DNA of 64,000 nucleotides from Ramazzottius varieornatus. Lineage: Eukaryota; Animalia; Tardigrada. The notes under the pieces are model-generated. The model worked only from the letters and a program-made list of their open reading frames with translations, did not search any database and was not told the DNA's origin. Positions within the stretch are counted from its first letter, which is position 1; each line of letters begins with the position of its first letter. The stretch covers positions 6,423,591 through 6,487,590 of the forward strand of contig BDGG01000001.1 in the NCBI GenBank assembly GCA_001949185.1. Direction: 5' to 3'. Of this stretch, positions 27,025 through 40,191 are shown piece after piece. The position numbers and the translations under genes are program-made.

Positions 27025-28125
27025 CAGTGTGGATGGGCCAAGTGACTACCACCTCATGATATTCACGGCGCCCTCGACTGCGTATGGGCTGGTCCTCACA
27101 ACTATTTTTTTCTTAATTTAGTATCCCTATTGCTACCCCTTAGAAATAACTTGCCCAGAAAAAACGTTCATACGAAGTCGAGAATCAACCCAGGACTAGG
27201 GAGAGTGCAGCCTCGTAGCTGCTCCGAGGCGAACTTTTCACTGTTTCTCCCTCCGGAACAAAAAAATTAGTTTTCTCTCTTCTGCCCTTTTGGAACTAGA
27301 ACTGCTGATTGCAAATTGTGTAACAGTGATCTGGCTTCCAGGGAAAATACAGCGCTCTTCTGTACCACTTGTTGATCCACTGATACAGCTACTGTAGCGA
27401 AACTGAGCCAAAATACAGGGTGCGCGCCACAAAACAAGGTTTCTCGAAATATCGTGGATATTTCCCGGCAACTAAAAGCATGAACGGGAAGCCAAAGCAT
27501 CGTCCCATCTGAGTCCAAAGCACTTTCGGACCTGACTTGAGAAAACTTGGGTGGGGCAAGGCTTTTCGCAAACACTTGGTTCGCGGGAAGCGGCAACTTT
27601 TTCAGATTTTGAGAGAACTTCAAAATATTCCCATCTACTTACGCGACAAGGCCTTGCAAAACTGACACTCGATATAATTATTCCAATGACTGGGCCGCAC
27701 GAAAAGCAGTCGAAAGTGAGAACTCTACGTTTAGAACATAAATTTTTATTTTTTCCACGAGGAGTGGTATACCGGCAAAATGGTCGAATTTGACGGTTCT
27801 AGTTCATTTACCAACTTGGTTTCACTTTCTTGGAATCTTCCCTATTTTCTAGAAAGAACCCGCATAGTTCTATCTACGTTTTAATCAAATTGGGGAAAGA
27901 TACTTGCGCATGGAGTTCTAGAGTGTCCGGTTTGTTCCTGCCGAATAGTTTTCCTTTCAATCAACTTCTCCAACCTGGGTCTCAACGCATGCAAATGAGC
28001 TATGTCTTAGCGGAACCAGCGTGGAAAGTTGCAAAAGTTATCTGAAAGAGCGAAAGAAAAGCAGGCAGTCCTATTTTTTTCTACGCCAATGTTCCAGGTG
28101 GTAGTCACTTGGCCCATCCGCACTG
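27025..28125. mobile_element. Non-autonomous Tc1/mariner/pogo-type element (1.1 kb)
   Basis: 30-bp TIR cagtg(t/c)ggatgggccaagtgactaccacct at both ends; TA on the left and TG on the right; no transposase ORF inside. Confidence 0.85.
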
Positions 28126-28799
28126 TGTGATGGCATGGGAAAGTTTTCCACTGAAGATCTCATCACCCGTTGATCAGACTTCCATATTTTCTATACTATT
28201 TGATGGAGAAATACGGATATCGGTGGCCCAATTTAGGGATAAACTCTGGACGAGCCTCTTCGTACATAAAGTAGTAAGAAGTGTTCGCGCCATCTAGTGC
28301 TAACTTGAAGTCTCAGAAAAACACTTCGCCCTTTTGACTAGCTGGTGTTGATAAATACCTACATAGGCGTTGGACGTCGAGGTGCATGCATGTGATTTAT
28401 TTGCTCTAGTGTTACGCCTCAGTGACGTCATACGGGCTGTGAACGGCACGGCCTGGGAGCCTCCAGTACCGAGGGCCGGCCCTTACTATCAAAATGAAAA
28501 ATGTGGTTTGTGAAATACAAAATAGAAAAAAACTTTGGCGGCTTGTGTGTTGCTCAAATGTGCTGGTCGATCACATTGTAACGAGGGGATTGGCACTATC
28601 CTCCCGTCTTGATTCAGAAACTGAGACGGTAGAAAGGTAGAGGAGAGTTTTGTCCATCGACTGAGACAGACGGAGCCGGCGGAAGTAAATCCTGGAGGAC
28701 ACAGCAGCAAGCGGAAGTGACGTCAAAATCTGGGCGGTACATGGCTGGTTTTTCAGACCGGTTCGATCGGTAACAAAATTTAAAGCAAAAGTATCAAGG

Positions 28800-29400
28800 A
28801 AGATAAGTTTACGGAAGTGATATCTTTCGTAAAAGTGATGGAAGCACAAAGGAGCCTTACACCAACCGCATTTGAGAAGCAGGGAGCGCTCACAATTATC
28901 ACGATCACAATGGCCAGTAAGTCCGTCAAAACAGTAGTCGGTAGGGTTCACATACGACGTGAAGGACTTGTCAGTGCATCCTGGTAAGTGCAAAGCTTGA
29001 GCAATCAGGTTCTCGAACCTGGGAGAACTAAACTGTCGGTAGATCAAAGAGTGAAGCTTAAGAATTACGTCTCGGTGGTGGACTTGAACCGGCTTTTCTA
29101 CATTTTCTACATTTCTTCTTTGAGATACTTTTTAGTGACGAACTTCGTGATCTTCCTTTCACAAATGCCATAGTGTCTACAAGAGAGAACAATAGGGTGA
29201 CATTTCGCTTGATAGTGTCCGTACTTGTTTCTCCACTCGCACATACCGTTTGAATTTCGCAACCCACAGAGACGAAGCCGTAAAGCCAACCAGACCGATT
29301 TCTCGGTTTGCTGGGCGAACAGTTTTTCGAGACTTGGAGCAACGGCGAGGTGACCTTCCCACTCAATGCCCTTGAATATTCTTCAGAATCTCATGTCTAA
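28800..29400 (-). pseudogene. Internally deleted pogo/Tigger-like transposase remnant
   Basis: CENP-B-HTH-like GWLYGF...YGICERKITKFVT joined almost directly to a C-terminal QFSSPRF...C-x4-C...CGWCKAPLCFHHF Cys-rich tail; the catalytic core is missing. Confidence 0.6.
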
Positions 29401-30423
29401 AAAGGCTTGTTCAGACTCGAAAAAGTTTTTGTCCAAATAGGACCGCCCGAAATCCAATGGTCTTGGTTATCGAGCATTCATTCTGCCGAACAATTGGGTA
29501 CAGCCTCTGCGGACTATACGGCAGCAGTGCGGTACTTCCGTACGCAACCGCAAGGAAAGTTGGGAGAAAAAATGCCGTGCCGTACGTGCCGTAAAATTGT
29601 GGGATGGTGTCCGTCCGCGCCGCATTGGCCAGTGACACACGCGCCGTAGCTGGCAGCATGAGGTTTGAAACCGATTGTCTATTTTGTCGAGCTGAGGTCG
29701 CCCGTGTGACGTGTGTTTTCGTGTGCCATAAGCCGGAGACGGAATCCGGTTATCATTTTTAGCATCCTAGGCTTCAAGCACTCCTACAGAAACGCTGTTT
29801 TAATGACCGCGGTAAAATTTTCACCAATATTCTCTTAGCGATGTACCATCTTTCTTGGTCGAAGAAGCTTAATGGTTTGCTGTTTCCTAAGGTATTTTAA
29901 TTCAGAGAAAAATTTCCCATTATGACGAAATTTTTGTTGCCGTATGCCGTCCATGCAGCATACGGAACAGCGTTTGCAGCATGCTGCCGCAAGGAGATAT
30001 CATAAATAATCGCGGGCGTACGTGCAGTAAGTTTCATTACGGGTCCAAGGGGTGCAGCGTGAGGCGTAAGCGCGCGGCTAACGCATCGGTTTGAGTCGTT
30101 AGGTCGGCCCCGCAAGGAAATTACGCCATTCCGAGCATTCTGATCCTTAAACCGATCTGGCAGAAAGATAGAGCGGAGTTCGCTCTATAATCCGGAATGG
30201 ACTGTATTTGGCAGGAAGAGCATGAGCGTCGTACTTAAGCGTACGAGTCCGTTCCGATAACATTACATCTTTTGATTGTTGCTTTTGATTGACAGCAAAG
30301 TGAACAGCTGACAACAACCAACGTTCTTGCTCGGCCAAACTGCTCGCCATAAAAGGTTCAAACTGCTAGAATTTGAGCTGTCAGGCGTCTCAAACACAAC
30401 CCACGCCGATCAGCGGATCATTA

Positions 30424-30903
30424 TGTTGGCAATCTAGGAGCCAAGTTAAGGTGTGTTACGTTAGAGCGCTCTGAGTACGTCATCGGTGCAGACTGGTCCG
30501 CCAATTGTTTTCTGTCCCTGAATTTTGCGTCCCGACATTTTTTCCGCCGATATAGTTCAACCTGGTTGTAGAATAGACTCTTCTCTAGTTTTCTTCCGTA
30601 CTGGTACGAGAAACGTTGTGTCCCGAATTCACAACACACTAGGCTAGACTTCCTTCGCTAAATCTAACGTAACGCTGGACTTTCCCTGATCCTGAGTTAC
30701 CGAATAAATCCCAAGAACGCGTAACACCAAACCTTAGTCGACGACAGAGCTGTATTACCACGAGCTGTGCAGAACGACGACTCAATCTCCCCGGCGTTCG
30801 GCGCAAGGCCTGACGCTGTAAAGTCAAGCTAACTCAATACTAAAATAAGAAGGGCTGAACAGTTAAATTAGCCTGCCACGCCCGATGCTCCTCACAACTT
30901 ACA
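30424..30903 (+). repeat. Probable 5' LTR of the Gypsy element
   Basis: TGT...ACA bounded ~480 bp containing AATAAA, followed by a degenerate PBS-like attgctgtccgg and lying upstream of gag/pol remnants. No second LTR is present to confirm it. Confidence 0.4.
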
Positions 30904-31430
30904 ATTGCTGTCCGGTTTCATGCGGCTTCTAGCGTCGCTAAGGCAAAAATAAGAAATGTTAGTTTGAACTATTCACGTTTGAAAGTTTTGTCTAATTTTT
31001 TGGAAACGTTCTTCCGTCAAAAGACTCACTCTTTTTGTGCTTATGAGCTAAACGAGATACTGGCTTTTGCCGCGCGAGAACTTCCTCAATCTCGGTATTG
31101 ACGGTCCGATAGAAAAATGCTAGACCGTTGCTTTCCGTTCTGCTTCCCAATTCTGGCTTGGTTCACTTGGTTGAGGGAGGCGCGGATACCACTGGGGAGC
31201 CGTACGAAGAAATCGCACTGGCCTACGGCAATAAAACATGCAGATGGAGTAGAATAAAGACACGAAGCAGGTTCGATTTAGATCGTGCAAAACGCAGCAT
31301 TACCGTATTGTCCTGTGAAGTACCGAGCTTAGCACCGGTACTTCTGTTTTGAGGCTTGAGTTGTTGCTCATAGCTCTTCCTGGCGGTTAGTTATCGTGCT
31401 CTTGGTCAGAGCGGTTGACCTTGCACGACG

Positions 31431-34400
31431 ATGGCGCAGAATAAGAATGACCAGGCGAACTGTCGTACCGTTACTCACGATATCACCCAAGATTTGTATC
31501 AAGACTTACCAGTGGATCAATGTAAGCCCGCGTTAGTGAACACGGGACATGTTACGGTTGATTGCTATCGTTCTCGGAACTTGATGCCTCGGTAGACTCA
31601 CAAAAGCACAAGCTAACTACACCGTGCCTGAATTTTCATGCTGCCTGATTTGCTTGGGCGGACTCGAATTGTTGTTCCAGTTGATTGTATTATCTCCTAG
31701 TTTTTCCACCGTGGATGGCCAGCAGCGGCAATTATGTTCGTCGACCGTTGGACCTTTCTTTTTACCATTAAGAATACACCGCAGTACTGAAAACACTGAA
31801 CGAACTTAGTCTGAGCTTTATAAAATCTATGATTTATCTTTGGCGATTTTTACTGCGAGAGGAGTTCTTGTTCGTGCTTGCGTAACTCAAAACCTTTATT
31901 TTTTTGTTGGAAATAAACGCAGCACAACAGTAGCGTCGAAATTAGAATCTAAGACATACTACTGATGGTCGTTGATCAGACGTATTAGGTTCCTTTCGGA
32001 ACTGTTTGGTATGCAAAAGGCAAGATTGAATTAACCGATAGATGACGATGGAACCCACTAGAAACGGGGTCTCTTCGTAGTGATCGCTCTCTACCACTTC
32101 TACCGTCTCTTCGTCTTGTTCTTCATCGTTTCCGTCATCTTCTCCTTCTTCTTCGCATTCATCGATTTCCTCGACGTCCTCTTTCCCTTCCTAGTCGTCG
32201 TCACACTGTTCGTCGTGGTTATGTCGCTTTCAAATCATCCGTGGGATCCACCCTTTGATCCACAGAAGTTGGCGGTGGGCCCAACGGCAAAACCAGCCAT
32301 GAAAGTTATCTTGAGGGTGAATAATATAGAAGTCGACAATTTAGTTAACACAGGTTCAAGCGTGACTGTAGTCCCCGGGAAAAGAGATTTATTTGGCCTG
32401 TCGTCCGTGTACCGCAGAATTACCGTAAGCTCCAGCTGCAAACCGCCTCAGGCGAGATTATTGAGACCGAACCATACTTTAAGAAACTTAAAATTCAGAC
32501 AGGATTCGCCACATGGTGGCATTATGCCTGGGTTGATAGCCGTCATGAAGACAATTATTTGACTATAGGAGCTGACTTTCTTGATGGCAAAAATCCTCTA
32601 ACCTCATTCAGTTGTCGAATGATCATCCCTTTCACCCATGATTATTATATTTCCCGGTTCGACATACCCAGCTGGGATGTCGATCGACATCATGAAATTA
32701 CCGAGGAACGATCCAAAAATCCATTCAGCGGAAGTGTGCCAGTGTCATTAGACAAGAACTGTGGGATGTTCAAAAAGCCAGGTTTTGAAGCGTGGCATAG
32801 GAACATCTATGAAGCATTCAAGTCAGGCAAGAAGCCGAAATCGATGGATCATGAATTACAGTAGTACATGCAGAAAATATGCCAGATTACCATCGAGACC
32901 GAATATATGTGGGAAGAGATAAGCCAGAAAACTACGAGTTTAAACCGTGGAAGGGCTACGAAGCCGATCCGTTTGCTGAACTGGAATCCTGCATTCTAAG
33001 TTGTAACAAATTATCGACTCTAGAAGAGACTGACGGGAGTGAAACGATCGAGAATATTTGCATGGTTTTCCTGAAGACTGAAAGTCACAACTTGATGCAG
33101 TTCACGTCAGCAAACCTTCCTAAGGTGATTTTTCATTCAAAAGAACCTAGAGACCTCGAGCTATATGATGGCGTAATTCTAAAATACTATGGATCAAGTA
33201 AATCCACTACGGCCTGCAGGCTTTCCCATGCCCAAAGGACATATGTGGAAGATACTGGACGACATTGTCGTGACAGGCATCTTCCAAAGAGATAAGGCGG
33301 TCCAGCCACTGAAGGAGTGTGAAATGAGTAAGAAGGCTGAAGCCATTGAGAATACGTCAGATATAAAAATAATTACGGTAGAAAAGGTTGAAACGTCAGA
33401 AGAGCAGGCAAAGAACGAGATGGCGCTCCGGGAACCAACATCATCGAGCTGAAGCTCTTGGAGCGAACCACGAGACAGCCAGCTCACACGCTTCAGAAGG
33501 CTCTTAGCCGGACAGAATTGTTTGTCGGACAGAAATTGAGAATGTGGACATGACTATAGTCTATGTAATGAAGATGAACATCACAGTAAACCCACAGAAG
33601 CGAAGGCTACAGCCTGGGAGGAACTCACAAAAATTGACAACCCAGAGATTTCAGCAGAAATGAAGGAACAACTCATGAATGTTTTGCGTGATGGTCAAGG
33701 TGTTATGCCGACATAAGAAAGGCCTTTAGGCAGATGCACAATTTTCAAGCACAAGATTAACACAGGCACTTCTCAACCGGTCAAGGTCCGACCAATACCT
33801 TAAAACCCGCAGAAGCGAGAATTATGTAATCATCATGGAACAGAAATGCTCGATCAGAACCTCATCTCTCCGACTGAAAACCCATGGGCGTTTCCCAGTC
33901 TTCTCGTAAAAAAAGGATGGACGAATGAGGGTAGTGGCAAATTTTCGCAAGCTGAATGATGTCACAAATGCTATTATCCACTTCCAAATATTGATGACTG
34001 TTTGCACTGTATGGATGATTCGAAGCACTCTACGTCTGTAGACTGTGCGAATGGCTTCTGGCATTCAGAAATGGCGGAAGAAGACAAGAAGAAAGCAACA
34101 TTCTGCACACAAGATGACGTGTGGGGCTATAACGTAATGCCAATTGGCCTTTGTAACGCGAGCTCAAGCTGGCAAGCAGTGATGCCTGTTATCCTCGCAG
34201 AAATGCAGTTTACTGAATGTTTGATTTTCTTGGATGATTGTTTAATTTATTCAAAAACCTTTGAGGAGCATTTGATTAGATTCAGAAAGTGCTTAAAGCC
34301 TTCGAAAACGCGGGCCAGACTATCAAGCCCGAAAAGTGCAAATTGGCGGAAAGCTCGGTGATATTTTTGGGACACAAATTATCAGAGAAAGGCATTGAGC

Positions 34401-34629
34401 CAGATATGGATAAGCTTCAAGCAATCAAAGCCATGAACCCTCCCACAGACTTCAAAGGTGTACAAAGGTTCCTGGGTAGTTGTGGATTCTACCGTCAATT
34501 TATACTCAGTTATGCGGGCAAGGCTGAAGCACTCAATAAGCTCCTAAAGGGGGAAAAAAATTTCGTGTGGTCTAAAGACCAACAAGAGGCGTTCAATCAG
34601 CTCAAGCAAGCGTTGATCAGCTATCCCAT
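31431..34629 (+). mobile_element. Ty3/Gypsy retrotransposon, decayed: gag remnant, protease, reverse transcriptase
   Basis: Half knuckle GHVTVDC; protease LVNTGSSVT (D>N); RT blocks VDCANGFWH, YNVMPIGLCNA, FLDDCLIYS, KPEKC, FLGSCGFYRQFI; many stops and frameshifts. Confidence 0.9.
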
Positions 34630-35049
34630 CCCTAATGGTCATAATAAACGAGAAATTTAATTTTCCTGCAGATTTGTGGGAGTATTTTCTCTATGAAATT
34701 TCATGTTGCAAATACGGCGACTAAATCGATGTATCTGCGGCGCACTTCCCAAAGTTTGAATTAGCAGCGCAAAAACAAGGGCAGGTATTTACGTACCATT
34801 TCATAGCCTACTGATCTGACTTGCAATTACGCAGCCTCAGAATGCAGTGCACAAATCTGGTTGACGATCCGTTTGGAATTTCAGCTTCAAATATTTATGG
34901 CTGTAGTAGCAGCACGCTATGTGATCCGACCTTCAATTGCGAGAAAAGGCCGTGAAAGGGAACAGACAATAATATGGAACACGCAGAGAGAAACTTCGGT
35001 GCATGAATCAGACCGAAATACTACGGCGAGAACAAGCAAGCTATCATGT

Positions 35050-38000
35050 TCACAGATCTTCATCCTCTCGTACAGAACTGAGACTATTTTTATCGATGCT
35101 CTTAAGTCGATTATCAAGAGCCGCGGTGAATTTCCCTTTGAACTGAGCTTTGGTGGTTGGCACGTTCGTCCATTTTCCGCCAGCTGTGCTTTTCTGCTGT
35201 GCGGCAAATTTATGGACATGTTCTGTGGAAGATGAAAGCCATACGAGCATCACTGTATTCCCTCGATTGTTTCGTGAATCACGTGACGGTCGACGTAAAT
35301 TACTCATGCGTTGATTTTGTCAAGACACGGGTACCTTTCTAGCCCCGCCGGGTAATATTTACGTCGACCATCACGTGATTCGCGAAACAATCGAGGGAAT
35401 ACAGTAATCTCTTTTCACGACATCGGACTGCGACCAGGGTGGTTTCGGACTGCGACTTCGCGTCCACATTAGGGCCGAAGGCAACAAAGCGAAGGATATG
35501 CTCATGGCTTACATAAGAAATTTTCGAAGTTTTTCTTTCCGAAAATCTTTACGAATCCGACACCTTTCACCTTCGTATCTGCCAGTGCCAAAACATCTTC
35601 CGAAGGAACCAGGATATTCCACATTAGCTTGCGGGCGTATTCGTCCATATCCTTCGCTTTTTCTTGCAGCTCTTGTAATTTTCGCTTCTTCACCCAGATG
35701 TCGGATTTTCCCAGGCGCTGGTAGATCGTCTTATCGACTTTCTTCTCGTCTTTGATGAACGACCATTTAATTTCTGGCACTAAGGACAGAACACAGGCAT
35801 AAGTATTTTCGAAAATGTCGAGCTGAGCAATACCACGGGACGGATGATCGCGTACCTTTAAGCTTCGGCTTACGCTCTTTGACGGCTCCGAGTTCCTTCA
35901 GTATTTGCTCGTACTCTGCAGAATAGAGATTAACAGATCGGAGCTCGGCATACAAACGCGATAGATCTCTTTTCGAATAACGAACGCTTTCAGGCTATAA
36001 CATTGTAAACGTGCGCAACTTGGGGATAATAATTTCGACAGAATGGTTTCTCAAATTGGCGCTCGCAACCGGTCAATAATATCGAAAACTTGCGCCACTT
36101 GGGAAGACAATTCGACCAGATCACTTTGCACGTGACGCACACTTTCTGCCAATAGTACCGTAAGCTTGCGTCATTCCAGGATAGTAACTCCGAGATAATG
36201 GTTCTCGAAGTGGTGCTCGCTTCCAGCCACTAATATCGGCCAACGTGCGCCACTTCGGAAAACAGGCCGGACAAGATCAGATTGTAATCAGCGCAGGCTT
36301 TCCAACCAGCAACAAGGGAAACGTGCGCCACTTGAGAAACGTTCTGCTCGAGTTTGTGTGCCGATCTGCCCGATCGTTCGCCTTTCCGGCCAAGATCTTG
36401 ATATATTACTAATCACTCCTTGGTTTACCTTTAGCCTTCTTCAAATGAAAGGACCGATAAACTTTGCATTTCTCCGTTTCATCCATACCGTCCGTGATGG
36501 GAAGAGTAGTCGGATGAATGATGGCCGGCATCACTGCAAGACCCTAATTAATACCGGCGTATCAAATTACAGTGCTTCAGTTACCATACCGCTTTCTCTG
36601 TTGACCATCCAGTCAGGTTGCTCGTCCGGAGGAAGACCATTCCGACTTCCGGCAAGATTTCTATCTGCTGTAAAAGCAGCCAGTAATTAGTTCTGGTGTT
36701 AGAGAAAATGTTGCACTGTTATAAGTTACGAAAATTCAGCCGTCACTAAATGATTTGAAAACGATCGCATATCCAAGTGGCGCACATTTCCAATAATTTA
36801 CAGTGGAAGCGTGCGGCTCCTGGGATGACAACTTTGTTCAGATCATTTGCCGACGCCCAAAATGGAATTTACCAGACTCCCGCGTCTTCTTCCGACGACT
36901 ATCTTCCTCTGAGTCCAGTTCGGAGTCTGAGCCGTGTCCAACATTTTCGCGCACTACAACAACACCAGATCGAATACTGGAAACCGTCAATCACGAACAT
37001 GCTGAAACTGATTTAGGTCGTCCGCGGATCCGGCACACAAGCCTAACATCATGGTTAACCCTAGTGGTGCATATTTATGGATCTATTGCCAATGAACGTG
37101 CGCCACTTGAAAACGTTTTCTGTCGATTATTTTTACCGCGCACTCATTTTTGATATCGTATCACCCAAAATATCTCCATCAACACACTCATATTTCAAAG
37201 AAATATTTCAGGAATGACTGGGGTTGACTTGCCTTCTGGTCCACGCGTCCAGTCGTTCTCGCTCCACTCATCTTCATTCTCAACCTCTCCAAATTCTGCA
37301 CTCTTGGAATGGCTTCGGTCGCGGTCTATATCTCTTATTATGTCTGTCTTTGGCCGCGTTGGACGATGAGTTGGATGAACGGCTGCCTTCCACAGACGAC
37401 GCCGAGCTCGAACGCGATCTCTTTGTGCTCTTTCGAAAGGATATCTTGGGCTTATATTGAACTGCTGACTTTACAATAGGACCTGGCGCGGTGTCACTAT
37501 CGCTCTCTTCGTCCTCCCCATCCTCACTCCGATGCTGTCGCTTACGGCAATCTGTGCTCTCAAATAACCGGCGGTTACTCAGTTCGTTGCGCTTGTTGCG
37601 GTCGGACTCTGCACGTTCGGTATTGACCATACGTGAGCTCCGCTTGGCTGGCGCATTCTTCTTCCTTCCCTGAAAAAATCCCGAAAACGAAATCACATAA
37701 ATTACTTCAATGGATGCTGTTAAATTAGACTCGCTAGACATCGGTAAAAATATAAATCAATCCGACTGAGCAGCTTGCTTGGATAATATTCACTTACCTC
37801 GGACTGGCGAATTCCTTCGAGGGTGTCAAACAGCGCATAGATCTTCTCGACATCTGATTCCACCGCAACAATGATGACTCTGAAGATCTGATACCTTTCG
37901 TCCCACTTAGCTCGAATATGGATGCCTTTCTCAAATTCTTGCTTCCCAATCAGCTCATCGCTGCAGCTGTGTCTTTCGGTCACGAATTCTTCGGTCTGCT

Positions 38001-38248
38001 CCAGAGGTGGTCTCACTTGGTAAAATCCATCTTCATACTTCAGAAGGATATACTCTGCCGATTGGAAAGAAAGAGTCAGAGCATAACACACGGATGGCAA
38101 CAGAAAATACAGTCAACTTACTGCCGGCATCACGGGCATTCTTGAGCATCGCCTTGAACAGTGCGGAGTTGCCCTTAGCCCTTTCCGAATCCGAAGTTGC
38201 GACATTCCTGCTGCCTTTCTTCGACTTTTTGTTCCGGTTTCCCATGTT
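35050..38248 (-). CDS. Multi-exon accessory gene of the CMC element with C-terminal BEN-like domain
   Basis: Spliced exons from MGNRNKKSKK through a basic/Ser-rich linker to LGKSDIWVKK...DEYARKLMWNILVPSEDVL...FKGKFTAALDNRLK, a BEN-domain-like pattern. It is divergent from the transposase. Intactness was not verified for every exon. Confidence 0.55.
35253..35404. mobile_element. pogo-like MITE in an intron of the BEN-like gene
   Basis: ~48-bp TIR ctgtattccctcgattgtttcg(t/c)gaatcacgtga(c/t)ggtcgacgtaaat; TA on the right and CA on the left. Confidence 0.85.
36005..36340. repeat. Degenerate ~78-bp-period array of alternating-orientation TGCGCCACTT motifs
   Basis: Forward motif at ~36012, 36091, 36167, 36246, 36324, with degenerate inverted copies between them. 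Confidence 0.7.
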
Positions 38249-38623
38249 GACATGAAGATGAAGCACCGCAAGGAGACAGCAAGAAAGTGTTGGAGAAACA
38301 AAACTGCCATAAATCACAACAATTTGAGGAAGATTGACAACCGTTAGAGCCGTTACGTTGCATATATTAGGGCCCCGGGCAACATCTCAGAGTACGCGAA
38401 GACACTTACAGTGCTTGCAGTAAATAATGACCCTGCACACACGTAAATGGTTCGTAGCAGCCATGTTGGATTGCTTACGTAACGTCAAAGCAATATGAAC
38501 GAGTCGAATCCACTGATTTCTGGAAGCACATAAACGACAATTTCTGGAAGCATTTAAAAACACGTTTTCTGTATTTCTGGACCTTACCAGCAATGGAGCG
38601 GCAACGATTATCGAAATTTCATA

Positions 38624-40191
38624 CTGTAGTGCTCGCAGTTTATCGCGCACTCAACCACGTGATTAGTAATGATTGCCCGGTAAGATCAGCTGTTGCCAAA
38701 ATGGTATGAGTTGATTGACTTTATTGGGTAGTCAGTCAATTTGAAAAACGATCCGGTCCAAATTCCAGTTTCTTTCACTGGATCCGAAGGTAGAAAACAT
38801 CGTCATGGCTAGGACCCGTATATTTTATAACGATGAGGATGCGGAGAAAGCTGTGAGGAACTATCAAGAGAGCGGATTATCGAGGAGAAAGTATGCGAAG
38901 CTTACAGGAATTCCGGAATCAACCATACGGAGCTGGAGGTGAGTCGAACGATACCTGTTGCATAAGCTTCACGGAACCTCACGTTTTTGCTCCACAGTGC
39001 AAAGATTCCGGGCAAGCGAGGACCGAAGAAGAGTGAGCAGTTACTAGAAATGAAAGCAGAAGTCAGAATGAGGGTTATAAAGAAGATAGAATCGAAGAGA
39101 ATCACACGAGATTCGGACATCAAGAAAGCTGCAGACCAGGTTGCAAAAGAGATGAATCTGAAACGAAATGTGTCTCGTGGATGGATATGGCGCTGGAAGA
39201 AAGCTAACGGAATCACCTACAGAATCCCTACTAAAGTTGGCAGAAAGACTAAAGACACAGATGATGATATCAAGGCAATGGAGACGTATGAAGCCCAGCT
39301 CGAAGAAATCCACTTACAGATGGTCGATCCTTCGACCATCTGGAATATGGATCAGACCTCCGTCGCGCTTCAGAACCCTTACCGGAAGACCCTAGCACTT
39401 AAGGGATCAAATGACGTTCCAATCATTCAGCCTCCCGGTGACAGAGAGAACATGACAGTCCTGCTGATGGTGGCTGCCGATGGGACAAAGCATCCTGCCG
39501 TAATCGTCTTCAAAGGAGCGAAAAAGACTGGTGTTCTATCAACCAACGTAATGAAGAAGCTGCTTATTCCTGAGAACGTGATTGTCAAGAGTAATCGTAA
39601 AGGATGGTGGACTAACGATTTCGACTTGGTCTACCTGAAAGAAGCTTTTCCCGTGAGCGACACGCAAGTGACCCAGATACTGTTGCGCGATCAGTGCAAA
39701 GCCCATCTGAGCCAGGAAAGTGCTGACTTACTAGAAGAACGCTGCGTCCATCAAGTACTGATTCCGAAAGGTAAAACTGGCGACAAGCAACCACTTGATG
39801 TTGGGGTAAATGGCCCCTTCAAGGCAATCATGAGACGGAATTACCACGAGTGGATGGATCATCAGACAGCGGTGGCAAAATCGGGATACTTGAAGAAGCC
39901 TTCACGACAAGATTTTGTCGACTTCGTGTCGGCTGCATGGAATGAAGTTTCTCCCTTGATAATCGAGAGTTCGTTTGTGAAAGCTGGTGTCCTTCCGGAG
40001 CCAACTTACATGCTAGCAGACTACGTTCCAGATGGAAATGCGCCATTTGAGTTTGACTTTTCAGAATAACACTTGCCTTTACGTTGGCCCACCATTGATT
40101 GTTGATAAAGCAGTACATCGTCTATAATCCCCGATCGGGCGTTATTTACTGTTCACGTGGTTGAGTGCGCGATAAACTGCGAGCACTACAG
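38624..40191 (+). mobile_element. Complete pogo-superfamily DNA transposon (1568 bp)
   Basis: Perfect 39-bp TIRs CTGTAGTGCTCGCAGTTTATCGCGCACTCAACCACGTGA, TA duplication on both sides. Confidence 0.95.
38805..40069 (+). CDS. Intact pogo transposase (HTH + CENP-B HTH + DDE_1, DD35D)
   Basis: Exon 38805-38938, GT-AG intron 38939-38997, exon 38998-40069, open throughout. GIPESTIRSW, SRGWIWRWK, NMDQT, LRDQCKAH, QPLDVGVN; 35 residues between the last two Asp. Confidence 0.92.
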
